From positions 79,298,001 to 79,362,000 of the forward strand of contig OX597816.1 in the NCBI GenBank assembly GCA_951406725.2: 64,000 bases of DNA, in the 5' to 3' direction. The position numbers and the translations under genes are program-made. The DNA is from Octopus vulgaris (taxonomy: Eukaryota). The notes under the pieces were generated by a model. That model saw only the letters and a program-made list of their open reading frames with translations, was not told where the DNA came from and ran no database searches. This document shows positions 55,186 through 62,100 of the stretch, piece after piece (position 1 is the stretch's first letter; every line of letters starts with the position of its first letter).

Positions 55186-57546
55186 TAAATTCAAGTAGAG
55201 CAATTCAAACTCTTTGGCGAGTCCAAAAAGAAATATTTCTAATAAATATTCATCATATCAAAATGATAGCCTTCTAAAGCAAGCAATTAAAATATGAAGA
55301 TAACAAGTAAAAAGTTCATTATAGGCATGTATAAGATAAAATCTTATATAAAACATTACAAACTATTATAAAAATGGAGAAGAGATGTTAAAAGTTCAAA
55401 TTAGAATTTAATATCCACATATGACCATTTCAAAAGATAATACAAATATGTAAAAAAAAAAATTAATTATAATAATAATAATTAAAACAGTTATGTATTA
55501 CCATTCTCATTAGTGTAAAAAATTAAAGGAAATTATAAAAAAAGGTATTACCAAAAAAATTAGAAGAATAAACAAAGAGGCTATATCGAACAAGCTAACC
55601 GGATATTTGCAAATAAATCTAGAAGGAAAAACAAAGAGGCTGTGTCAGGCAAGCTGACCAGATATTTGCAAATAACTTGTAAAAAGGGAAAAAGGAAGAG
55701 AAACATGGATATATTTAAATACATCCATTGGCCAGATTAGTTTATAGTTTATTGCACAGATAGACTCAAAAATATATTAACCTGTCCCTCCAGTCAGCAT
55801 GTCTGACATAGCCTCTTTGTTTTTCCTTCTAGATTTTTTTAAGTAATACCTGTTTTGATGTTTTCCTTTAATTTTCTTTTACACTGACGAGAATGGTAAT
55901 ACGTAACTATTTTAATTATCATTATTGTAATTAATATTTACTCTCATATATTTGTATTGCTTTTGAAACGGTTGTGTGGATATTAAATTCTAATTTGAAC
56001 TTTTAATGTCTCTTCTTCATTTTTATAATTGTTTGTTTTTGTTTTATATATGATTTTATCTTATACATGCCTATAACGAATTTTTTACTTATATATATTA
56101 TATATGTATATATCAGCAGTGGTCCCCCAGCATGGGCATGGCCTTCAGGCTAAAACATTTTTAAGAATTTATATAGAAAAATATATATCAAAATAAGCAA
56201 CAAGAAAATCTTCGGTAATTTGGTATGATCGTTTCATGCTACATCATTTTATTAAATATTGTAAGTATTACAACAGTTTTAAAATGTTGAGCAATCATCA
56301 GCCATTTATAGAGGTTTTCCATTAATACATAATTTTCATATTAATTGATAACATTATAGAGAAGGTAGATATATAGACAAAGATGTCAATTTGAATTTTA
56401 AGAACATTAAGGTAGTAGAGTTTATCTTATGATTGAAGAATATTCTTTAAGTTATTATATGTATGATAACACCATACGAAATTCTGGTGCACCTAACTTA
56501 AGTACCATATTCATTTGAATCTAAATTTTGCTGAACTTATATATATACAGGGCGACCCAGAAGTTGCACACCACCCTATTTTTAAAAAAAATACACCCAT
56601 ATTGATTTCAAAAACACTTTATTGAAATTAATCATAACAAATGCTAAAATTGAGTACCCTTTACAATAAAACATGCTGAAAAAATATAATAAAATAAAAT
56701 GTTTTAATTATTTTAAATGAAAACTAGAATGGTGCACGACTTCTGGGACACCCTGTATATTAATGGTATGACAACAAAAGAATGAATGAGGCCTCAGTAT
56801 CATGTAAATAGAAGAATTTATCTGTAATATGTGATAATTATTCTGTTGCCATAATAAAACTCCGAGTTTTGGATGTCAGAGCAGAAATCTGCTCCAGCGT
56901 CTTGTCAGTTATCAAGGCATTTTTTGATTGCCTTGATAACTGACAAGATGCCGGAGAAAATTTCTGCCCTGACATTCAAAACTCGGTGTTTTATTATGGT
57001 AACCGAATAATTGTCACATATTATATTATATATATATATATGTATGTATAATAATAAAGGGTCAAATTAATTAATTAATAAGTTTACCAAGTAGTTTGGT
57101 ATGTTAAAAGAACCGTTATCAGTAAACTTATACATAAAATTTTATAATTATGAGAATAATTATAATTAGGGTTCAGCAAAAATTTGCTTCACCACATGCT
57201 GAAATTTAAAAATAACAATTAAAACAAACTATTTCACTACAATAAGAAAATCTCCCAGATAGCAATACTCAACAACCCACGCAGGTAAAGAGAAAAAACT
57301 AATGAATCCATCCAGCTTTGATTAACTGTGTACGCGTTTTGGAGTTAGAGAGGTGTGTAAAATGTAAAATCATATTTCACTCTATTTCAGCACAGTAATT
57401 CAAGATTTTAAATTTGAGAGAACTGCAAAAATTGAACATACCTTATCTGACCATGTATATACTCATAATTATAAAATTTTATATATTTATGTATGAATGC
57501 ATATATATGTTATATATATGTGTGTGTGTGTGTCTGCATGCATGCA

Positions 57547-57591
<45 letters not shown>

Positions 57592-57793
57592 GGTGTCCCC
57601 GAAGTCGTGAACAATTCTGGTTTTCATTAAAAATTATTAAAGCAATTTATTTTATTATATTTTTTGGCATGTTTTATTGTAGAGGGTGCTCAATTTGAGC
57701 ATTTGTTATGATTAATTTCAATAGCATGTTTTTGAAATCAGTAAGGGTGTATTCTTTTAAAAAACCAGGATGGTACGCAACTCCTAGGACAGC

Positions 57794-57838
<45 letters not shown>

Positions 57839-59120
57839 GGGGGGGTGTACATACACGTGCACACACACACACACATGCATATTCATGAAATATTAATGTA
57901 TTTTCAGCTTCATCTTGAAAATTCAGAGGGAAAGAAACTTGTATTTGAAGAATTAGGTGTCATTCAATCAGGATTATGGAATTCTGTTTGCATCAACATT
58001 AAAAATACCACAAATACTAATATTGTATTTACCGCTACTAGGGGCTATAAATTTGGTGCATTTATTGGCTTGACGAATGTAGGCTTCAAACCAGAAGTTT
58101 GTGAAGGTAAGATTTTTCACACTTTTTTCTCTCCCTTTTAGTACTTCTGTGAACCTTTCCTCTTTCTAACAAAGATCCATACTTGAACTGTCACAGATTC
58201 TCTCCTTTTTCTATCTTAAACTGAATGTCAACCTTATACATTCATTGTGTACATTCTTCTGGCTTTTATTGTTGCTGTTTTCATTTTTATTTTCAGTTTG
58301 ACGATATGTATATACATAAGTATGTATATATAATACTTGTGTGTGTTTGTGCACGCTATATATAATATGCTATATATAATAAAACAGAAAATATATTTGG
58401 TGTTTTAAGCTTTGTAAAACATAACATTTCTGCAATTCAACTGATATAATTGTTTAGTGAAAATTACACAATCTTCTGATTTACCTTGTCATGAATATTT
58501 TAATTGTAAATTATACAAAATATAGAGTTAAGTTTGCTCAATATATATATACCTGTTATGTAAAATACACGCACATCTGTGGAGTGGCAGGGTAGCAGGA
58601 GAGAGTAAATGCATGTTGAAAAGGTTGAGGTCATGCCCTTTCATCCGTATATAGGCAGATATAGATATACAGTCATGCACACTCATGACCATTCACATAC
58701 ATACACAATAATGAGAAGAGAAAGAAGTGAAATAACCTCTGTTCTCTGTAGTCTCAGCTTTGAGAACAAGAGCTGTGACAACAACAGTATCAATCATAAC
58801 AACAATGACAATGATAATAGCAAAAATATCAACCACAGTATGAACATCCACTGTCATGAATTAAAGGTAAAGGAAATTAGTAATCAATTAATCAACAAGT
58901 TTATGATATAAACTTCAAATATTCTGCTCTCTGGCAGACAAACAAAACATATGTTTGTAAAAATATCTGTAGTGTGTAGTGAGTGAGAAGTAGTGTATTA
59001 CCCAGCATCTCACCCTTTTACTTGCCCGCTTTAACCATCCTACAGTTTCTGACTTAATGACTTTCATGCATACTGTTGAACTGAGGCATCCACACATTTA
59101 CAGGTAAGCATGCTCATACA

Positions 59121-59164
<44 letters not shown>

Positions 59165-62100
59165 ACACAAACATTAATCAATGTACCTATCAGTATATTC
59201 ACACATACAAACACTTTCTCATTTTCATACAATATAGCAACCAGAACTTTCTTAAGTTGCTCTTCTACCACTTTTTCTGATACTCTTATGATTCTACCTT
59301 GAATGGCGAGGTAACCTATCTTCTGTAGTCTCTTTGTGTACCAAAATCCATCATTGTATAATGAATATTTTAAAAAGATTTGTTCAAATAAAATTACTTA
59401 TTTTGTTGTGTAAACTTAAATTGAATGTATTTGATTGATATCTTACATAGAAACAATTTCAATCCTTTTGTTATATGTACTCTATTTTTGGTGTTTTACA
59501 TTTAAATGTAAGTCAGTGATGAAATGTGAATTGCAAACATAGTAATAGAGGGAGAGTATTGTAGTTCACTTGAAGTATTGTGTATTGTTTGTGAAAAATA
59601 ATAATAAATAATAATAATGTGTTTTGAATGGCACAGCAGTGCACTATAATAACAACAATGGACTATAATAACTGATGTAATTTAATCATCCTTAGTCTGA
59701 TATAATATTTCGGAATATAAAAATTCCTTTTTCAGATATCCCTAGGGATTGATCGAGTCACTGCTACAATCAATTTTCCCAGTTTTATTTTTTACCGTTT
59801 TTTCTTTTCCCCCAGAAGTGTCTGTGCACTGGTCTTATTTTTTATAGTAATAAAGAATTTTTTTTAAATAACTTTCAACAAATTCAGTCTTCTATTTCTG
59901 TTTCAATTTGATAAGAATTTATAGTGAGCTTGTGTGTATGTGGAAAATTGTTTCTGTCATCTTATGTTGCTAATGATCCTTGTTATGTGTGAAAAAAAAT
60001 ATGTTAACTTAGAAACAATAATATTTATCAAAAAAATCACAACTGCTAAATCTTCATATCTTGGGAAAGAAAGATACATAGGATAATGTTGGTCTACATA
60101 TACCATGTCAGAAAACAGATAGGATAGTCATGATTAAAATTTCTTTCTTCATACATTTACTCAATGTTAGGGTTTATTTTTAATCCTTTTCATTACTTGG
60201 TTGTGTTATGACCTGGTGGCCATAACCTGAATTTATACAACCAACAAGGATGGGGTGAACCCCAAACAACGATACACCATGAAGTTTTTTGTAAAATATT
60301 ATTAACAATTAAGTGTCAGCATAAAAAAAACAACCCACATACAAAACAAATATATGCGAACAAAAATAAATTAATGCTGCACTAGATGTGCAGTCAAAAC
60401 TTTTATAAAGGTAATATATATAGTTCAGAAATTCGGTCTCAGAAATCCTGCTTCACCAACATGATTTTACAAGCCTGTATTCATAACTCTGGATTCACAA
60501 ATTTGGTTTCACCCAAAACTGGCCTCACACAAAACCTGGCCTCCCAAATTTGGTTTTCCAAAAATATGGATTCCAAAAATCTGGATTTCATAAAACCTGG
60601 TTTCACAAATTTGGTCTTTGAACCTTGGATTTTCAAAATTTGGATTTCATAAAATCTGGCTTCACAAATTCGGTTTTTGAACCTAAACATAAATAAATCT
60701 AATCTCAAAGCAACTATTTAAACTTAAAAAGTTCATGACACAAAACGGCTGCCAGACTACCTCAATAATCATAGTTAAAAAATTAAATAGTCAAACAAAA
60801 AATCTAGTTTGCTTTAAATTCATACAAAACTGATTCATACAAGCATGCTGAATAATAATCATTAGACAAAATTAACAGTTAGTTGTCTAATACAAAAAAT
60901 TGGCTACATGAAAACTTAAATTCATACACCCTGTAGCTATTTATACAAATTTTTCATCATTTATCTTAACAGAAAATAGCTAGCAAAATTACTACACAAC
61001 CTGCCACAAATGCCGGGTTCAAAATTCACATAAATATTACAATAATATAACTTAAGAGATTTATGTACTCACCCAGATGTGACACATAGTATTGTAAACC
61101 TGATGAGCAAAAAGTTCTGGCGAATTCTGGAGCATAAAATAATTCCATAAATGTTTAACACAAAGCACAAAGTGGATAAACTAAACAGGCAATTACAGCT
61201 TCTAGAATCCAATTGAACCTTGTCTCACAGAAAAAAAAACTGTCACAAAATCTGGGGGTACAATTATCTCTGCTTATAAAGGTTAGCTAAGGTCTAACCC
61301 ATTTGTTAGAGTTTCACAGTTTAGCTATTAATACCTAGCTTCTCCCATTTTAACAATGGACTGCATCCTGACCTTACGGTGCAACTTGAAAAACTGTCTG
61401 TTTACATGTTTAACTTAACATTATACAATAAACGTTTTTATAACTTCCTAACAGTTGTTTAGGGAAGGCATAGTTCTTAGCTAGAACAAGGACATTATAT
61501 CAAGAAGAATGATACTCAAAATATCAAAGCACTAAACAATCTTTAGAATGCAGTAGGTAACTGTAATGAAATTTTAAAATAAATGTAAAGGACACACACA
61601 CAAATATGTATGTGTGTGTAAGTGTGTGTGTGTACCATCCTCCTTATCATCATTTTGCCTCTGCTTTTCCTGCTAGAATGGATTAGCAGGGTCACTATAA
61701 TGGGAGTCAGCATGTATTCGAGGGCCATTGCTCACCTAGACAGGTTGAGGGCCTTATCTTGCTTATATTTCATTTTTGGCTTAGTTCCTATAACTAGATA
61801 CTCTTCCTAACACCAACCACTTTACTGTGTACTGATGCTTCTTTTGCATGTTATCAGCACTAGAGATATACCATGTCATTGGCAAGACAAAGGGGTCCTC
61901 ACAATTTCACACTTTACACCCTACACTGTAAGCATTTTTCATGACACCAACACTAGAGAAGTAATTATGTCCTTAAGATGACTAAAGGGACTTCACAATT
62001 CCACGTTTCTGTTCACTCACCAACCACTTTACACTGTAAGAGACCTAAATGACAGATGTATGAATGATAGGGATGAGAAAGATGTGTGATAGGGGAGTAT

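Noticed and set aside
61098-61135. CTGATGAG...GCGAAT hammerhead-like string
   Set aside because: Only a 2-bp stem II, GAAT instead of GAAA, and no convincing stem I or III.
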